DNA from: Escherichia phage vB_EcoS_Uz-1
Reading direction: 5' to 3' (one strand)
Length of the DNA stretch: 64,000 nucleotides
Sequence record: OP312987.1
A model generated the notes under the pieces. That model was not told the DNA's origin, searched no databases, and was given only the letters and a program-made list of their open reading frames with translations. Made by a program: the position numbers and the translations under genes. This document shows, piece by piece, positions 62,278-64,000 of the stretch. Every line of letters starts with the position of its first letter. The first letter of the stretch is position 1.

Positions 62278-62306
62278 TAAAAAATAGAAGCCCTCCTAAT
62301 GGAGGA
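62278..62306 (-). terminator. candidate intrinsic terminator (minus strand)
   Basis: CCTCC-TAAT-GGAGG stem followed on the minus strand by CTATTTTTTATT. Confidence 0.35.
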
Positions 62307-62426
62307 CTCCTAGTTACTTGATACATGAATGGTTGAAGGTAACAATCTTACGTACTGGTTCAGACGTCTGTTTCTTAGCAACCAGACGTTCTTTCATCTT
62401 TTGCACGTCTTCTCTGGTTCCCATGA

Positions 62427-62609
62427 TTAATGATTTACGCATGATTTAGTACTCCACATAAAGTTAAAAGGTTTATTCTTACGTACAATTCTTACAACCA
62501 TTTGATAGCCATTGAGTTGTACAACACCATAGTGTCGTTTCTGTACACCAGTGTGATACCTACGAAAGATACATTCTTCAATGGCATCATCTATGTTAGT
62601 GAATATCAC
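62427..62609 (-). CDS. hypothetical early protein
   Basis: 60-aa ORF, ATGA-coupled to the upstream membrane protein ORF. Confidence 0.3.
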   Translation of the reverse strand: MIFTNIDDAIEECIFRRYHTGVQKRHYGVVQLNGYQMVVRIVRKNKPFNFMWSTKSCVNH

Positions 62610-62794
62610 TGGTTCCTCTTTGCAAACTCTTCTGCTTGTTGCTTGTAGTACTGAGTCATTGCTTTCTTGTGTTTAATACTAGCAATGAGACACTCGATAG
62701 TAACGAATGGCAGTTTAGCAATAAGCAACCATTTATGACGTAACTTCCAACCCAGAAAGTAGAAGATTACACAGAAAGCGATGAAGTCTAACAT
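62606..62794 (-). CDS. small membrane protein
   Basis: 62-aa ORF with an N-terminal TM helix. Confidence 0.35.
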   Translation of the reverse strand: MLDFIAFCVIFYFLGWKLRHKWLLIAKLPFVTIECLIASIKHKKAMTQYYKQQAEEFAKRNQ

Positions 62795-62896
62795 GGTTAC
62801 TCCTTCATCTAATATAAATCTATATCTATCTGGTTACTGTTTTAGTACCCTTCGTCTAAAGATGCTCAAAAAGTAGAAATAGTTTATCGTCTAGTT

Positions 62897-62926
62897 AAAA
62901 ATAAAAGACTCCCCGAAGGGAGTCTT
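62897..62926 (-). terminator. intrinsic terminator (minus strand)
   Basis: AAGACTCCC-CGAA-GGGAGTCTT followed on the minus strand by TTTTATTTTT. Confidence 0.5.
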
Positions 62927-62934
62927 ATGGTTGA

Positions 62935-63315
62935 TTAGAAAGTCAGTTTACGAGCATATTTATTCTCGTCTGCTGGGATGTCAGCAGCCTCTGCTTTCAC
63001 ACGACGAAGTTGAACTTGCAGGTTAATGATACCTTCTTCACCTGGTTCCAGGTTCTGAGCATATTCGATTAACTGTTCCAGCAAATCGTTCTGTGCACAA
63101 CGCATAGCACGGAAGTCAGCATTGCTGCTGTTAGTAGGCAGTGGTTCCTGAGTATCCAGTGGAATACCAGTAGGCAGAGAGATGAATTTCTCATCTTCAG
63201 AGCCTTCATTAGCAATATAACCAATGTTCAACCAGAACTGAGCCTTAGGCTTAGCAGTTTTAGCAGTGGTAGCAGCAGTGTTAGATTGACCGAAAGTGAA
63301 TTTTTGAATAGACAT
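62935..63315 (-). CDS. early protein with acidic C-terminal tail
   Basis: Start re-derived at ATG 63315 (MSIQKF) with GGAGA RBS 8 nt upstream; track ORF 62935..63408 extends further. C-terminus [18 protein letters not shown]; lies 100 nt downstream of a hairpin promoter. Confidence 0.45.
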   Translation of the reverse strand: MSIQKFTFGQSNTAATTAKTAKPKAQFWLNIGYIANEGSEDEKFISLPTGIPLDTQEPLPTNSSNADFRAMRCAQNDLLEQLIEYAQNLEPGEEGIINLQVQLRRVKAEAADIPADENKYARKLTF

Positions 63316-63421
63316 TTTGTACTCTCCAGATTTATGTGATTTACGGGTGAACTCGTCGGTGAGAACACCCAAACAAAGGGATAAAAGTTCAATGATTAGT
63401 GGATGCATTTACATCATCCAT

Positions 63422-63438
63422 AAGACGCGGAGCGTCTT
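63422..63438 (-). promoter_or_regulatory. candidate virion-RNAP hairpin promoter (GGA loop)
   Basis: Plus-strand CCATAA-GACGC-GGA-GCGTC (stem extendable to 7 bp), upstream of the gene starting at 63315. Confidence 0.6.
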
Positions 63439-63533
63439 GGTTTTTAGAAGTAGAAGTAAAGTAGATAGTTATCTACTTTTGACTATCTATCTAATGTTCA
63501 AAACAGGAGACTCCGAAGAGCCTCCCAGGTGAT

Positions 63534-63857
63534 TTAGTCTTTAGTCAGGATGTCAATTACTTTTGAATATTCTGCGTTATAGATACGAGCGTTTTCTGAA
63601 TCTTTGCAGAATTCCTCAATACTTTTCTTACGCAGAGTCTCGTTCATAGCTGTTTCTTCAGCTAATTTGTTTACGAATGTATGCATTTCTAACTTAGTAC
63701 GGATGGCTTGTTTCTCTGCCATAGTAGATACATATGAGTTAAGCATACCTACTGCTTTAGTAGCTGTGCCAAATGTATCTGCAACAGTAGTAGCAGCTGA
63801 GTTAACAGTACCAAGTAAAGTTCCTGCGGTCATACGTACAGTAGCTTGAGTAGTCAT
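63534..63857 (-). CDS. hypothetical early protein
   Basis: 107-aa ORF directly downstream of a hairpin promoter. Confidence 0.4.
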   Translation of the reverse strand: MTTQATVRMTAGTLLGTVNSAATTVADTFGTATKAVGMLNSYVSTMAEKQAIRTKLEMHTFVNKLAEETAMNETLRKKSIEEFCKDSENARIYNAEYSKVIDILTKD

Positions 63858-63900
63858 GATGATAGCTCCAATAGTTGATGATAGGACGACATGTCCATAA

Positions 63901-63913
63901 CATGCGGAGCATG
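63901..63913 (-). promoter_or_regulatory. candidate virion-RNAP hairpin promoter (GGA loop)
   Basis: Plus-strand CCATAA-CATGC-GGA-GCATG, 44 nt upstream of the start at 63857. Confidence 0.6.
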
Positions 63914-64000
63914 TGTAACGTGTAAGGTGGGGTAGGGTAGTGGCTACAGGGTCAACATACCGGGGGGGGTAGTTGAGTGTAAGGGTGTAGCCCCTGCCAC

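Noticed and set aside
62236-62426. 35-aa minus-strand ORF starting at 62414 between two early genes
   Set aside because: No Shine-Dalgarno sequence and no recognisable motif; it overlaps a terminator-like hairpin, so it is probably not a gene.
62935-63408. Longer N-terminal extension of the early gene (track ORF 62935..63408, [15 protein letters not shown]...)
   Set aside because: The extension overlaps the hairpin promoter region and has no RBS; the internal ATG at 63315 has a GGAGA RBS and begins a more plausible protein.
63940-64000. G8 run and G-rich sequence at the window's right edge, considered as a genome terminus, pac site or terminal repeat
   Set aside because: No repeat partner is visible inside the window and there is no coverage information; it cannot be distinguished from ordinary intergenic sequence.
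1-64000. Search for integrase, excisionase, repressor/Cro pair, transposase, CRISPR array or attachment-site repeats
   Set aside because: None found; gene content and organisation are those of a strictly lytic N4-like phage.

Overview
This 64-kb window reads as most of a lytic N4-like podophage genome (Schitoviridae-type architecture); all family and gene assignments are from motifs and synteny read by eye, with no database search run. The plus strand from 1 to 27085 carries the late module: a partial tail fiber/tailspike, a lysis cassette with an o-spanin embedded in the i-spanin, portal, scaffold-like protein, major capsid, several virion proteins and a single 3576-aa ORF that is the hallmark giant virion RNA polymerase. 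The minus strand from 64000 down to 27120 carries early and middle genes: the two-subunit T7-like RNAP II, an Ig-like decoration protein, a MoxR-type AAA ATPase and VWA/metallopeptidase pair, dCTP deaminase, ThyX, rIIA/rIIB-like genes, a Dda-like helicase, family-A DNA polymerase, primase-like protein, Cas4-like nuclease, Sak4-like ATPase, SSB candidate, RuvC-like resolvase and two HNH-AP2 homing endonucleases. The most interesting signals are three conserved 5-bp-stem, GGA-loop hairpins upstream of early genes that look like virion-RNAP promoters, a homing endonuclease flanked by a recoded duplicate of its neighbour's first 21 codons, and a tRNA region where only one of five elements folds canonically. 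Many genes (DNA polymerase, rIIA, primase, AAA ATPase, VWA protein, one HNH, and two late virion genes) are broken by apparent single-base deletions, usually in short homopolymers; this looks like indel error in the assembly rather than biology, but real pseudogenes cannot be excluded without reads. Start codons in the ORF track are often alternative starts; I re-derived several from RBS context. No integrase, CRISPR array or transposase was seen.
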